Both the position numbers and the translations under genes were made by a program. The notes under the pieces are model-generated. The model was not told where the DNA came from, did not search any database, and saw nothing but the letters and a program-made list of their open reading frames with translations. Below are positions 1-12,533 of a DNA stretch of 64,000 bases, in pieces. The number at the start of each line of letters is the position of its first letter. The first letter of the stretch is position 1. The stretch covers positions 2,563 through 66,562 of the forward strand of contig JAJDZH010000383.1 of assembly GCA_022824725.1 (NCBI GenBank). Direction: 5' to 3'. This stretch comes from Thermoanaerobaculia bacterium. Lineage in GTDB: Bacteria > Acidobacteriota > Thermoanaerobaculia > Multivoradales > Multivoraceae.

Positions 1-615
1 AACCGCCGCCTCCGGGCGGCCGGTGAGATTCCCGCCGTGATCTACGGCGGGAGCGCCGATTCGGCCGCGATCCGCGTCGACGGCAAGATGGTGCAGGGCC
101 TGATTCGGGAGGGGGGCGAGAACGCCGTCTTCCTGCTCCAGCTCGAGGGCACCGAGCGGACGCGCCACACGATGATCCGCGACCTGCAGTGGAATCCACT
201 GACGGGCGCGCTGGTCCACATCGACTTCCAGCGCGTGAAGATGGACCAGGAAGTCCAGGTCTCGGTGCCGGTCGAGATCGTCGGGACGCCCGAAGGTGTG
301 CGGAACGAGGGCGGGCTGCTCGAGTTCATCACCCGGGAAGTCGGCGTCGTCTGTCTGCCCGGCGACATTCCCGTCTCGATCGAACTCGATGTCTCGCCCC
401 TGCACATCGGCCAGCATGTGGAGGCCGGGCAACTGGTCCTTCCGGACGCCGTGACGCTCAGCGAGGAAGAGAACAAGGTGATCGTGTCGGTCGCCGCCGC
501 CCGCGTGGTCGAGGAGGAGGTCGAGGAGCCGGAGGAAGGCGAGCTGCTCGAGGCTCTCACCGACGAACCCGGACGGGTCGGCGACGAGGACGAATCCGAA
601 GATGGAGACACGTAG
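1..615 (+). CDS. rplY: 50S ribosomal protein L25 / general stress protein Ctc (5' end lies outside the window)
   Basis: Frame 1 is open from nt 1 (NRRLRAAGEIPAVIYGG...), so the track ORF 37..615 is only the part after an internal GTG. It has L25/Ctc-like sequence (LIREGGENAVFLL, HIDFQRV) and an acidic C-terminal tail. It sits directly before pth, a common pairing. Confidence 0.85.
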   Translation, partial: NRRLRAAGEIPAVIYGGSADSAAIRVDGKMVQGLIREGGENAVFLLQLEGTERTRHTMIRDLQWNPLTGALVHIDFQRVKMDQEVQVSVPVEIVGTPEGVRNEGGLLEFITREVGVVCLPGDIPVSIELDVSPLHIGQHVEAGQLVLPDAVTLSEEENKVIVSVAAARVVEEEVEEPEEGELLEALTDEPGRVGDEDESEDGDT

Positions 616-1192
616 CGAGGAGGCGCGTCTGGTTCTGGGGCTCGGGAATCCGGGCGGGCGTTACGCCGACACGCGTCACAACCTCGGCTTTCGGGTCGTC
701 GACGAGCTGTCTCGGCGTCTGGGCGTTCGACCTGGACTGGACGTGTGCGGAGCGGTCTGGGCCTCCAACGATCGAATCGACCTGGCGATGCCGCAGACCT
801 ACATGAATCGAAGCGGCTACAGCGCGCGCTGTCTCTCCGAACGGAATGGCTATGCTCCCCGGAACATTCTGGTCGTCTACGACGAAGTCCACTTGCCCCT
901 GGGGCGGCTCCGGCTTCGTGGCAAGGGGAGTCCTGGCGGGCATCGCGGCATGGAGTCGGTCATCGAGAACCTGCGCACGACGGCGGTGCCGCGGCTGCGT
1001 CTCGGCATCGCGCCGGACGAAGCGGCGGCGGCCGCGGCCGGCCGCGGGGAAGAGCTGCCGGACTTCGTGCTCGCCCCCTTCGCGGCGGGCGAGATCGAGA
1101 CGGCGGAGCGAATGGTGCGGCGGGCCGCCGACTGCGTCCTGAGTTGGGCTGACCGAGGCGTCGAAGTCACGATGAACGAGTACAACGGATGA
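602..1192 (+). CDS. pth: peptidyl-tRNA hydrolase
   Basis: N-terminus [21 protein letters not shown] is the Pth signature. It also has MNRSG and GGHRG motifs. The ATG overlaps the L25 stop by 14 nt. Confidence 0.93.
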   Translation: METRSEEARLVLGLGNPGGRYADTRHNLGFRVVDELSRRLGVRPGLDVCGAVWASNDRIDLAMPQTYMNRSGYSARCLSERNGYAPRNILVVYDEVHLPLGRLRLRGKGSPGGHRGMESVIENLRTTAVPRLRLGIAPDEAAAAAAGRGEELPDFVLAPFAAGEIETAERMVRRAADCVLSWADRGVEVTMNEYNG

Positions 1193-1205
1193 GAGGAAAC
1201 GCATA

Positions 1206-3278
<2,073 letters not shown>

Positions 3279-3349
3279 CGGACCGTGATAGATTCCGCCG
3301 CCGATTCGTTCCGGTCCGCGGGCCGGCCAAACCCCAAGAGGATGAACGA

Positions 3350-3736
3350 TTGACCCGGACATACGAACTCGTCTTCATCGCGGATCCGCGCCTCTCGGAT
3401 GAGGAGGCCGTGGAGTTGAGCGATGCCTTCGGCAAGCTGCTGGTCGCCGACGGCAAGCTGCGGATCACTCAGGAGGAATCCTGGGGCAAGCGGCGGCTCG
3501 CCTATCCGATCAGGAAGTTCACCGAAGGCCGATACCACATCTACTACCTGGAGTCTGACGGAGGCGACAACGGCCTGGCCGAGATCGGACAGCGGATGCT
3601 CCAGAACGAGAAGGTTCTGCGTCACCTGGTGGTGCGGACCGACCTCGACCTGAAACGCGCCGCCAGCAAGGGCAAGGAGCCGGTCCAGCAGACGACCATG
3701 GCGAACGTCCCGAGCCAGGCGGCTGGAGGCGTCTAG
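3350..3736 (+). CDS. rpsF: 30S ribosomal protein S6
   Basis: The in-frame TTG at 3350 is preceded by AAGAGGA (3336-3342). The product begins [18 protein letters not shown]...[10 protein letters not shown], typical S6. The track ORF 2753..3736 is an upstream extension that overlaps hppA. Confidence 0.9.
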   Translation: MTRTYELVFIADPRLSDEEAVELSDAFGKLLVADGKLRITQEESWGKRRLAYPIRKFTEGRYHIYYLESDGGDNGLAEIGQRMLQNEKVLRHLVVRTDLDLKRAASKGKEPVQQTTMANVPSQAAGGV

Positions 3737-3738
3737 AA

Positions 3739-3969
3739 ATGCCGAAGCGCAGAACCTTCTTTCGCCGCCGCAAGGTGTGCAAGTTCACCGCCGACGGGAT
3801 CGAGTACATCGACTACAAGGACGTCGCCACGCTGCGCTCCTTCGTGCCGGAACGGGCCAAGATCCTGCCGCGCAGGATCTCGGGCAACTCCGCGCGCCAC
3901 CAACGGATGCTCGCCCGGGCGCTGCGACGGGCCCGTTTCCTGGCCCTGATCCCCTACACAACGGACTGA
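3739..3969 (+). CDS. rpsR: 30S ribosomal protein S18
   Basis: [16 protein letters not shown]...[19 protein letters not shown] is the S18 signature. It starts 2 nt after the S6 stop, with no ssb/priB between them. Confidence 0.95.
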   Translation: MPKRRTFFRRRKVCKFTADGIEYIDYKDVATLRSFVPERAKILPRRISGNSARHQRMLARALRRARFLALIPYTTD

Positions 3970-4011
3970 CCGCCGGCGTCGGCGGCGACCGAGGCGGCGA
4001 GGAACGAGGCA

Positions 4012-4458
4012 ATGGAAGTCATCCTGCTACAGGACATGAGAGGACTGGGCACGCGCGGCCAGGTGGTCGACGTGAAGCCCGGGTACGCCCGCAACTACCT
4101 CTATCCGCGGGAGCTGGCGGCGCCTTCCAGCGAGTCGAACAAGCTCTGGTTCGAATCGCAGAGGAAGAAGTTCGACGCTCGCCACGAGGCGGAGCGCTCG
4201 GCCGCCGCCGAGGTCGCGGCTGAACTCGCTGCGGTCAAGTTGACGCTCGCGAAGCGGGCCAGCGAAACGGGGACCTTGTACGGCTCCGTGACGCCGACCG
4301 AGGTCACCGAGGCGCTCGCCGCCGCCGGCGTGCAGGTTGATCGCCGCATGATCGATCTCACCGGCGGCATCAAGACGGTGGGCGAGCACCTGGTGCGGGT
4401 CGACCTCCACACCGAAGTCATTGCCGAAGTCGCCATCGAGGTAGTGCCTGAAACCTAG
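4012..4458 (+). CDS. rplI: 50S ribosomal protein L9
   Basis: MEVILLQDMRGLGTRGQVVDVKPGYARNYLYPRELA is a canonical L9 N-terminus. It completes the S6-S18-L9 order. Confidence 0.95.
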   Translation: MEVILLQDMRGLGTRGQVVDVKPGYARNYLYPRELAAPSSESNKLWFESQRKKFDARHEAERSAAAEVAAELAAVKLTLAKRASETGTLYGSVTPTEVTEALAAAGVQVDRRMIDLTGGIKTVGEHLVRVDLHTEVIAEVAIEVVPET

Positions 4459-4753
4459 GGCCGATAGCGACGGCTCCGGCGCCGGGGCCCCACCGGAAGT
4501 CGAGGACTTCCTGGGTGACCAGCCGACACGCGACCTCGGCGACTGGCGCCATCTCTGGGAGCGGGACATCCCGTTTCCGATTCGCAGCGACCGCGGCCTC
4601 GCCGGCCGCCTGCTCGTTGCCTTCAAGCGCCTGCTGCGGCCCTTCGTCTCGCTGCCGCAGAACGATCTCTGGGAGCGGCAGCGGGTCTTCAACCTGATCC
4701 TGCTCGACGTCTTCCAGCACCATCTCCAGGAGTGGAGAGATCATCAGGAACGC

Positions 4754-5680
4754 GTGGAGCGACTGTTCGAGCAGCGCATCGGCGATCTCGACCACCGGAC
4801 GCGGCACCTGGAGAACTTCCAGCGCCAGGGACTCGACGAGGTCATGCGCCACGACGACGCCCTGTTCGGTCGCGTCGACCGGAAGCTGGACCGCTACCGG
4901 CGGGAAGCGGACGAACTGGCGGGGCTGTTGAGGGCGGCCCTGGCCCGGGGCCCCGAAGGAGAGAAGGGACTCCGGGAGGCTGACGCGGACGTCTCCTACA
5001 TCGACTTCGAGCACAGGTTCCGGGGCCTGGAAGAGGACATCCGCGACCGCCTCCGCGTCTACCTGCCGCGGCTTCTTCAGGCGGGACCGGTCCTGGACCT
5101 GGGCTGCGGCCGGGGTGAAGCCCTGGCCCTGCTGGAATCGGAAGGGGTGGAGTGCCGCGGCGTCGATCCCTCATCGGCGATGGTGCGGCACTGCCGTGAG
5201 CAGGGTCTTGGCGTCGACCAGAACGACGCGCTGACCGCGCTGGTCCAGACCGAGCCGGCATCTCTGGGCGGCGTGGTCTCCTTCCACGTCATCGAGCACC
5301 TCGCTCCGGAAGACATCGAGCGTCTGGTCCGCCTCGCATTCGCGGCCCTGCGGCCGGGAGGGATTCTGGTGCTGGAGACGCCGAATCCGCTCTCCGTCGC
5401 GGTGACGGCCCGCAGCTTCTGGCTTGATCCCACACACAGGAGACCGGTTCATCCGGAGGCGCTGTCCGCCTTCTACGAACAGGCGGGCTTCACCGGTCTC
5501 GAGCGACTCGACCTCCGGCCGTATCCGGAGGAGGAGCGGTTGCCGGAGATCCCGCTCGACGGACTGGACGGACAGAGCCGGGAGCTGGCCGATCGGCTGA
5601 ATCGCCTCCGGGACGAGCTCGACGACTTCCTCTTCGGCTACCGCGACTACGCCCTGATCGGCCTGCGGCCGGACTGCTAG
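4754..5680 (+). CDS. class I SAM-dependent methyltransferase with N-terminal coiled-coil region (true start probably upstream, see findings)
   Basis: It has the SAM-binding motif VLDLGCGRGEA and a downstream LRPGGILVLETPN. The same frame stays open and protein-like back to 4445, but no ATG, GTG or TTG exists there. Confidence 0.8.
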   Translation: MERLFEQRIGDLDHRTRHLENFQRQGLDEVMRHDDALFGRVDRKLDRYRREADELAGLLRAALARGPEGEKGLREADADVSYIDFEHRFRGLEEDIRDRLRVYLPRLLQAGPVLDLGCGRGEALALLESEGVECRGVDPSSAMVRHCREQGLGVDQNDALTALVQTEPASLGGVVSFHVIEHLAPEDIERLVRLAFAALRPGGILVLETPNPLSVAVTARSFWLDPTHRRPVHPEALSAFYEQAGFTGLERLDLRPYPEEERLPEIPLDGLDGQSRELADRLNRLRDELDDFLFGYRDYALIGLRPDC

Positions 5681-8148
5681 CTGTCGCCCTTCTGCCAGCC
5701 GCGCATGATCGGCGTCCAGTCGACGAGGTCTTCCGGCATGTTCTCTCCCGCCTTCGGCTCGCCGTACAGCGCGCGTTGCTGGTACCACGGCAGGTCGTAG
5801 ACCGCGCGCGTCTCGGGATCGAACGACAGGACCGGCTCGGTGCCCACGATGAAGGCCTCTTCGATGACGCGCTGGCCGGAGCGGCGCCGCGCGGGCAGGA
5901 GGCCGGAGTGGTACTCGACCGGCCGGAACCGAACCTGGTTGGGCCTGGTGAAGGTCAGGGCGGGATCCACCCAGCCGTCCTCGATACCCAGGCGGAGCAC
6001 CTCGTTCCAGATCGGCAGGGCAGCCACGGCGCCGGTCATGTTCCTTCCGATTCGCTGCTGCTGGTCGTAGCCGACCCAGACGACCAGGGTGTACCGGGGC
6101 GTGAAGCCCGCGAACCAGGCGTCCGTGAACCCGTCCGTCGTACCGGTCTTCCCGGCGACGGCAGCGAGGCCGAGAGCCCGCGCGGACTGGGCTGTGCCGC
6201 GCTGGACCACGCCCGAGAGGACGTGGGTGAGCAGGAAGGCGACTTCGGGCGTGACGACAGTCGATGCCCGCGGCACGTGGGCATCGAGTTCGCGGCCGTC
6301 GCGGGTCGTGACGCGCTCGACGAAGTAGGGCTCCACGTGGACGCCCAGGTTGGCGATCGTCGCGTAGGAGGTCGCCACCTCGAGCACGGTCAGGTCGGCC
6401 GCGCCCAGGGCGAGGCTCGGATAGGGAAGGAGCGGCGAGCGGATGCCCGTGCGGTGGGCGAAGTCGACCACCCGTTCCGCGCCGACGATGTCGTGGAGCT
6501 TGACCGACGTGACGTTGATCGACCTCTCCAGGGCCCGGCGCAGGGTCACGATGCCGAGATACTGCCGGTAGAAGTTCCGGGGACTGTAGTTGAGCTGATT
6601 GTCCGCGCCCAGGAAAACGGCGGGCGCGTCGAACAGGGTGTCGGCGGGGGTGAAGCCGTGCTCGAAAGCGGCGCCGAACACGAGCGGCTTGAACAGGGAG
6701 CCGACCTGGCGCCGGGCCTGAAAGGCGCGGTTGAACTCGCTGCGTTCGTAGTCCCAGCCTCCGACCATCGCCCGCACCGCGCCGGTCGCGGACTCGAGCA
6801 GCAGGACCGCGCCCTCGATCCGCGGCTCCTGGACGAGCTCCAGCTCGAAGCGGGCCTGGTCCGCGCCCTCCTCGCCACCTGTAGCGGCATCGCCAACAGG
6901 CCGCAACTCGAACCATGCGACGTCGCCCCTCCGCAGCGGCGGAGAATCCCTGCGCGTCCACTCGTAGCCGGAGGGCTTCAGCATGAAGCGGTGGTCCGCG
7001 ATCCGGATCTCCGCGTTCTCCGGCCCGCGCTGGAGAACGACACCCGGAGCCCAGGCGCCCGCCTCGGGCTCGAAGCCGACCCACCTGGCCAGGACACCGC
7101 CGAACGACTCGGCCAGGTCCGGGGCCGTCAGATCGTCCTGGTTCACCTGGGCGACCGCGCCCCGGAAGCCTCGCATGCGGTCGATCCTCACCAGACCTCC
7201 GCGCTGGGCCGGCGCGGCCGCGCCCTGCATTCGCTGGTCGAGGGTCGTCTGCACCTGCAGCCCGTGCTCGTACAGGCCCTTCTGCCCGTATGAGCGGTAG
7301 AGGTCGAGGCGGACCTTCTCCGCGAAGTAGGGCGCGACCGGCTTCGGCTCTCGCTGCGTGACGACGTTGAGCGGGATCGCGGCCGCCTCGTCGGCCGCGT
7401 CCCGCGTCATCACGCCGCGTTCGCCGAGCATCCGCAGGATGGCGTCGCGTCGTGTGCGCACGATCTCCGGCCGAAGGTAGGGCGTCCACACGCTCGGACT
7501 CGGCACGATCGCCACCAGGGTCGCCGCCTCGCTATAGGTCAGTTCGGCGGACGGCTTGCCGAAGTAGTAGCGGGACGCGGATTCCACGCCGTAGTTGCCG
7601 TGGCCGAAGTAGGTCAGGTTGCAGTAGAGAGTGAGGATCTGCTGCTTGCTGTGGCGCTTCTCGAGTTCGACCGCCAGCAGGGTCTCCCGGATCTTCCGTC
7701 GCCAGACCTTGGCCCGGTCCAGGAAGAGCATCCGCGCCACCTGCATCGTGATCGTGGAGGCGCCGGAGAAACGTTCCCCCCGCTGCCAGTTCTGGAGCAC
7801 CGCGCGAAAGACGCCGAGGATGTCGAAGCCGGCGTGGGCGTAGAAGTTCCGGTCTTCGGCGGCGAGCAGGACACGCGTGAACGTTTCCGGCACCTCGCCC
7901 TCGGCGAGCAGGATGCGTTTCTCGACCGAGTAGCTCCTGAACGGTTCTCCGTCGCGGTCGCTCAGTCGGGTAATCTGGCTGGGCGTCAGTTCGGCCACGG
8001 TCTCGACCTGCGGCAGATCGATCACCGCGGCGACGCCGACGCCCAGGAGCACGCCCGCGACCGGGGTGACGGCGACCGGCGCCAGCCAGCGCCAGTGCCT
8101 GACGCACCAGCCCCGCACCGCGTCCGGGGCTTTCCGCGCCGCGTTCAT
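5677..8148 (-). CDS. mrcA: penicillin-binding protein 1A family (bifunctional glycosyltransferase/transpeptidase)
   Basis: 823 aa with an N-terminal TM segment. GT51 motifs are present (AAEDRNFYAHAGFD, GASTITMQVAR). Transpeptidase motifs SLFKP (SxxK) and KTGTT are present. Confidence 0.93.
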   Translation of the reverse strand: MNAARKAPDAVRGWCVRHWRWLAPVAVTPVAGVLLGVGVAAVIDLPQVETVAELTPSQITRLSDRDGEPFRSYSVEKRILLAEGEVPETFTRVLLAAEDRNFYAHAGFDILGVFRAVLQNWQRGERFSGASTITMQVARMLFLDRAKVWRRKIRETLLAVELEKRHSKQQILTLYCNLTYFGHGNYGVESASRYYFGKPSAELTYSEAATLVAIVPSPSVWTPYLRPEIVRTRRDAILRMLGERGVMTRDAADEAAAIPLNVVTQREPKPVAPYFAEKVRLDLYRSYGQKGLYEHGLQVQTTLDQRMQGAAAPAQRGGLVRIDRMRGFRGAVAQVNQDDLTAPDLAESFGGVLARWVGFEPEAGAWAPGVVLQRGPENAEIRIADHRFMLKPSGYEWTRRDSPPLRRGDVAWFELRPVGDAATGGEEGADQARFELELVQEPRIEGAVLLLESATGAVRAMVGGWDYERSEFNRAFQARRQVGSLFKPLVFGAAFEHGFTPADTLFDAPAVFLGADNQLNYSPRNFYRQYLGIVTLRRALERSINVTSVKLHDIVGAERVVDFAHRTGIRSPLLPYPSLALGAADLTVLEVATSYATIANLGVHVEPYFVERVTTRDGRELDAHVPRASTVVTPEVAFLLTHVLSGVVQRGTAQSARALGLAAVAGKTGTTDGFTDAWFAGFTPRYTLVVWVGYDQQQRIGRNMTGAVAALPIWNEVLRLGIEDGWVDPALTFTRPNQVRFRPVEYHSGLLPARRRSGQRVIEEAFIVGTEPVLSFDPETRAVYDLPWYQQRALYGEPKAGENMPEDLVDWTPIMRGWQKGDS

Positions 8149-8174
8149 CTCGGGAATATCATACGGCGCGTTCC

Positions 8175-8642
8175 ATGACTCCCGAAGCCGACCAGGCGTC
8201 CGGCCTGCCGCCGCTGCCGGAACCCTTCCCCGAGCCGACGGCGGCTCGGCCCGCGGACCCGGAGCGGAAACGTCGCGGCTGTCTGGTTGCGGGCCTTGTC
8301 GGCTGCGGCCTGATCGTGGTCCTGTTGCTGGTCGGCCTGGGCGTTCTGGTCTCCCAGGCTGACGAACTGCTCGAATTCGTCCTGGACTTCAGCCGGGAAC
8401 GGATCGTGACCGAGCTGCCGGAGGATGTGCAGCACGCAGAACGCCAACGTCTGGAGCGGGCGTTTGATTCCGTGCTCGAGCACTACCGGAGCGGCAGCGC
8501 CACGCCGGCAGACAACCGCCGCCTGCAACTGGCGCTCACCGACGCGCTTCGAAGGCTCGAGCGGGGCCTCTTCGACCAGGACGACCTGCGCCGGCTGACG
8601 GAGCGCCTCGAGAACATCGCGACGTCCGATCCGGGAGGCTGA
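8175..8642 (+). CDS. hypothetical membrane-anchored protein
   Basis: 155 aa: a Pro-rich N-terminus, one clear TM segment ([24 protein letters not shown]), then a charged helical region. I recognise no family. The antisense ORF 8145..8696 has noise-like composition. Confidence 0.5.
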   Translation: MTPEADQASGLPPLPEPFPEPTAARPADPERKRRGCLVAGLVGCGLIVVLLLVGLGVLVSQADELLEFVLDFSRERIVTELPEDVQHAERQRLERAFDSVLEHYRSGSATPADNRRLQLALTDALRRLERGLFDQDDLRRLTERLENIATSDPGG

Positions 8643-8643
8643 C

Positions 8644-10701
8644 TTGCGGGGGACCGTCGATTCCCGGACCGAGCGCGCTTCCGGCACCGAGAGCACCGGA
8701 CGCTTCGAACTGGTATCTCCCTTCAGCCCGCAGGGCGATCAGCCGGCGGCGATCGCTGAACTCGCCGACGGAGTCCGGACGGGCGTCCCCGAGCAGGTTC
8801 TGCTCGGAGTGACCGGTTCGGGCAAGACCTACACCGTGGCCAAGGTGATCGAGGCCGTGAACCGGCCGACGCTCGTCCTCTCTCACAACAAGACGCTGGC
8901 TGCCCAGCTCTACCAGGAGTTCAGGAGCTTCTTCCCGCACAACGCGGTGGAGTACTTCGTCTCCTACTACGACTACTACCAGCCCGAGGCCTACGTTCCC
9001 CAGTCCGACACCTACATCGAGAAGGAGACGAGCATCAACGACGAGATCGACCGCCTGCGGCTGCGGGCCACGATCTCCCTGTTCGAGCGCCGCGATGTCG
9101 TGATCGTGGCCTCCGTTTCCTGCATCTACGGTCTCGGCGCACCGGATGTCTTTTTCTCGATGCTCCAGTTCTTCGAGCGCGGGGTCGAACTGCCGCTCGA
9201 ACGGGCCCAGCGGAGTCTGGCCGAGATGCAGTACGAGCGCACCCGCCTCGATCTCTTCCACGGCAGCTTCCGGGTGCGCGGCGATGTGCTCGAGATTCTC
9301 CCCGCCTACGACGACCGCGGCATCCGGGTCGAGTACTTCGGCGACGAGGTCGACCGGGTCTGTCGCTTCGACGTGATCAGCGGGCGGGCCCTCGAGGAGG
9401 TGGACCGGATCCCGGTCTTCCCGCGGAATCACTACGTGACGCCGGAGGAACGGATGCGGCGGGCGATCGCGTCGATCCGGGAGGAACTCGGCGAGCACCT
9501 GGCGGCGCTCGAGCGGGAGAACCGTCTGCTCGAGATGCAGCGGCTGGAGCAGAGAACCCGCTACGACCTGGAGATGCTCCGCGAACTGGGCTCCTGCGCC
9601 GGCATCGAGAACTACTCCCGCCACCTCTCCGGACGGGCGCCGGGCGAAGCGCCGCCGACCTTCCTCGACTACCTGCCCGAGGACTTCCTGCTCGTCGTCG
9701 ACGAGAGCCACCAGACGATTCCGCAGGTCGGCGGCATGTACCGCGGCGATCGGGCGCGCAAGGAGACCCTCGTGGAGTTCGGCTTCCGTCTGCCGAGCGC
9801 GCTGGACAACCGGCCGCTGCGCTTCGACGAGTTCGAAGAGCGTTGCGGTCAGCGAATCTACGTGTCGGCGACCCCGGGGCGGTTCGAGCTGGAACGGACG
9901 GGCGGGGTCGTGGTGGAGCAGATCATCCGGCCCACCGGACTGCTCGATCCGAGGATCGAACTGCGGCCTTCGGCGAATCAGATCGACGACCTGGTGGCCG
10001 AGGCCCGCGAGGCGATCGACCGTGGCGAGCGCGTTCTGGTGACGACGCTGACCAAGCGCATGGCGGAAGAACTCACCCAGTACCTCAACGAGCTCGGTCT
10101 CAGGGTGCGCTATCTGCACAGCGACATCGACACGCTGGAACGGGTCGAGATCACGACCGCCCTGCGCCGCGGCGACTTCGACATCCTGGTCGGCATCAAC
10201 CTCCTGCGCGAGGGCCTCGATCTGCCCGAGGTGTCGGTCGTCGCCATCCTGGACGCCGACAAGGAGGGCTTCCTGCGCAGCGAGGTGTCCCTGATCCAGA
10301 CCTCGGGTCGGGCCGCCCGCAACCTGAACGGCAGGGTGATCTTCTATGCCGACCAGCGGACCGAGTCGATCGACCGCTCGATCGGGGAGACGGAGCGGCG
10401 GCGGCGGGTCCAGGAGCGCTACAACCGCGAACACGGAATCGAGCCGGCCTCCATCCTCAAGGAGGTGCACAGTCCCCTGGTGCAGATGAGCAACCTGGAC
10501 TACCTGCACAAGGCGGGAGCGGAAGCCGCGGCCGCGGTGGAGGATCTGTTGCGCGAGGACGCGCCGGAGATGCCCCTGGAACGGCGGATCGCGCGCCTGG
10601 AAAAGGCGATGAAGCAGGCTTCCAGGCGGCTCGAGTTCGAGCAGGCCGCGGTGCTCCGAGACCGGCTCAGGGAACTCCAGGAACTCAAGGTCATGGGCTG
10701 A
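8644..10701 (+). CDS. uvrB: excinuclease ABC subunit B
   Basis: Walker [19 protein letters not shown], helicase motifs and the C-terminal UVR motif ([16 protein letters not shown]). Confidence 0.95.
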   Translation: MRGTVDSRTERASGTESTGRFELVSPFSPQGDQPAAIAELADGVRTGVPEQVLLGVTGSGKTYTVAKVIEAVNRPTLVLSHNKTLAAQLYQEFRSFFPHNAVEYFVSYYDYYQPEAYVPQSDTYIEKETSINDEIDRLRLRATISLFERRDVVIVASVSCIYGLGAPDVFFSMLQFFERGVELPLERAQRSLAEMQYERTRLDLFHGSFRVRGDVLEILPAYDDRGIRVEYFGDEVDRVCRFDVISGRALEEVDRIPVFPRNHYVTPEERMRRAIASIREELGEHLAALERENRLLEMQRLEQRTRYDLEMLRELGSCAGIENYSRHLSGRAPGEAPPTFLDYLPEDFLLVVDESHQTIPQVGGMYRGDRARKETLVEFGFRLPSALDNRPLRFDEFEERCGQRIYVSATPGRFELERTGGVVVEQIIRPTGLLDPRIELRPSANQIDDLVAEAREAIDRGERVLVTTLTKRMAEELTQYLNELGLRVRYLHSDIDTLERVEITTALRRGDFDILVGINLLREGLDLPEVSVVAILDADKEGFLRSEVSLIQTSGRAARNLNGRVIFYADQRTESIDRSIGETERRRRVQERYNREHGIEPASILKEVHSPLVQMSNLDYLHKAGAEAAAAVEDLLREDAPEMPLERRIARLEKAMKQASRRLEFEQAAVLRDRLRELQELKVMG

Positions 10702-12506
10702 TGCACCTGGAGCTTTCCCGCAAGCTCGGCGAACTGCCGGACCTGCCGGGCATCTACATCTTCAAGTCGGAGGCGGGGGAGGCGCTCTACGTCGGCAAGG
10801 CGAAGTCCCTGAAGCGCAGGGCCGCCGCCTACCGCAAGCCGGCCGACGACCCGCGCATCGCGCTCATGCTCCACGATGCGGCCGACGTCGAGTTCGTCGT
10901 GACGGACTCCGAAGCCCAGGCCCTGATGTTCGAGAACAACTGGATCAAGAAGCGGCAGCCCCGCTTCAACATCCGCCTGCGCGACGACAAGACCTATCCG
11001 TACCTCAAGCTGACCCTGGCGGACGGACATCCGCGGCTTGCCTTCACCCGCCGCATCCGCCGCGACGGGGCGGAGTACTACGGTCCCTACCTGCCGGCCG
11101 GGCTCGCCCGCAAAGCGATCAAGCTGACCCAGAAGCTCCTCGGCATCCGGGTCTGCCGGATCGACATCGACGGCAGCCTGCCGCGGCCCTGCCTCTACTA
11201 CGACATGAAGCGCTGCCTCGGTCCCTGCGTCGACGGGCTGACCACGGACGAAACGTACGCCGACGCGGTCGAGAAGGCCCGGCTGTTTCTGGCCGGCCGG
11301 AACGAGGAACTGCTGAAGGACCTGCGCGCCCGGATGCGGACGCTCGCGGACGAGCTCGAGTTCGAGGCGGCGGCACGGCTGCGCGACACGATTCACGAGG
11401 TCAACGAGGTCAGCCAGCGCCGCAAGCTCAGCTCGGCCCGCGGGGAGGACGTCGACATCTTCGGCGTCCACACGAGCGGCGACAACGCCGCAGTCACCGT
11501 TCTCGTCATGCGGGGCGGCCAGGTGCTGGACCGCCGGGAGCTGTTCTGGGAAGGCGTGCCCAGGATCACCGCCGAGCGGCTGCTCTCCGAGCTGCTGCCG
11601 CAGCTCTACGACCGGACGACGCTGATTCCGAAAGAGATCCACCTGCCGGCGCCGATCGAAGGCGAGGAGGCGCTGATCGAGTGGCTGAGCAGCCGCAGGG
11701 AATCGAGGGTCTACCTCCGCATGCCGTCGCGAGGGCCGAAGGCGCAGCGCATCGCGCTCGCCAACCGCAACGCGGCGATGGCCTTTCGCCGCCGCTTCCG
11801 TGGCGCGGGCGTCGAGGCCGGTGGGGCGCTGCGGAAGGCGCTCGACCTCGCAGACCCGCCGCGGCGGATCGAGGGGTTCGACATCTCGACCTTCGGCGGC
11901 AGCCAGACCGTCGCTTCGCTGGTCGTGTGGAGCGACGGGCGGATGGTCAAGGGCCAGTACCGCAGTTTCAACATCCGCGGACTCTCCCAGGCCGACGACT
12001 TCGCCGCGATCCGCCAGGCCGTGAGCCGGCGCTACCGGCGCGTACTCGATGAGGTCGGAGAGATGCCGGACCTGATCCTGATCGACGGTGGTCGCGGGCA
12101 GTTGAACGCCGCACTCGAAGCCCTCGTGGAGCTGGGAGTCGACGAAACGCCGGTGGTCGGACTCGCCAAGAGGGAGGAGGAGCTGTACCTCCCGGCACGT
12201 CCCGCGCCGCTCAGGCTGGAGCGGAGCCATGCGGGCCTCCGGGTGCTGCAGCAGGTTCGGGACGAGGCCCATCGCTTCGCCGTTTCCCGCCATCGGCGCC
12301 GCCGCTCCCGGAGGGCATTGCACAGCCGGTTCGACGACCTCCGGGGTATCGGGCCGCAACGGCGCAAGCTGCTGGTGCGACGCTTCGGCAGCTACGCCGG
12401 CGTAGCCCAGGCCTCGGAACAGCAACTGCGCGAGGTGCTCGGACCGAAGCTGGCTCGATCGGTCTACGCTTCGGTCCACGGCGACCGTTCGCGCTCCGGG
12501 CAGTGA
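10701..12506 (+). CDS. uvrC: excinuclease ABC subunit C
   Basis: The ATG at 10701 overlaps the uvrB TGA by 1 nt. GIY-YIG N-terminus (PGIYIFKSEAGEALYVGKAKSLKRR), UVR motif (EFEAAARLRD) and a C-terminal HhH region. The track ORF 9843.. is an upstream extension. Confidence 0.93.
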   Translation: MHLELSRKLGELPDLPGIYIFKSEAGEALYVGKAKSLKRRAAAYRKPADDPRIALMLHDAADVEFVVTDSEAQALMFENNWIKKRQPRFNIRLRDDKTYPYLKLTLADGHPRLAFTRRIRRDGAEYYGPYLPAGLARKAIKLTQKLLGIRVCRIDIDGSLPRPCLYYDMKRCLGPCVDGLTTDETYADAVEKARLFLAGRNEELLKDLRARMRTLADELEFEAAARLRDTIHEVNEVSQRRKLSSARGEDVDIFGVHTSGDNAAVTVLVMRGGQVLDRRELFWEGVPRITAERLLSELLPQLYDRTTLIPKEIHLPAPIEGEEALIEWLSSRRESRVYLRMPSRGPKAQRIALANRNAAMAFRRRFRGAGVEAGGALRKALDLADPPRRIEGFDISTFGGSQTVASLVVWSDGRMVKGQYRSFNIRGLSQADDFAAIRQAVSRRYRRVLDEVGEMPDLILIDGGRGQLNAALEALVELGVDETPVVGLAKREEELYLPARPAPLRLERSHAGLRVLQQVRDEAHRFAVSRHRRRRSRRALHSRFDDLRGIGPQRRKLLVRRFGSYAGVAQASEQQLREVLGPKLARSVYASVHGDRSRSGQ

Positions 12507-12533
12507 GGCGGCTGAAAGCTGGTAGCCTCCGTG

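Noticed and set aside
3279-3318. A hairpin, CGGACCG-26 nt-CGGTCCG, between hppA and rpsF, considered as an S6:S18 autoregulatory leader.
   Set aside because: It is a 7-bp stem with a large loop. I cannot show resemblance to the known S6 leader or to the 16S S18-binding site by eye. It may simply be the hppA terminator. It needs a covariance-model search.
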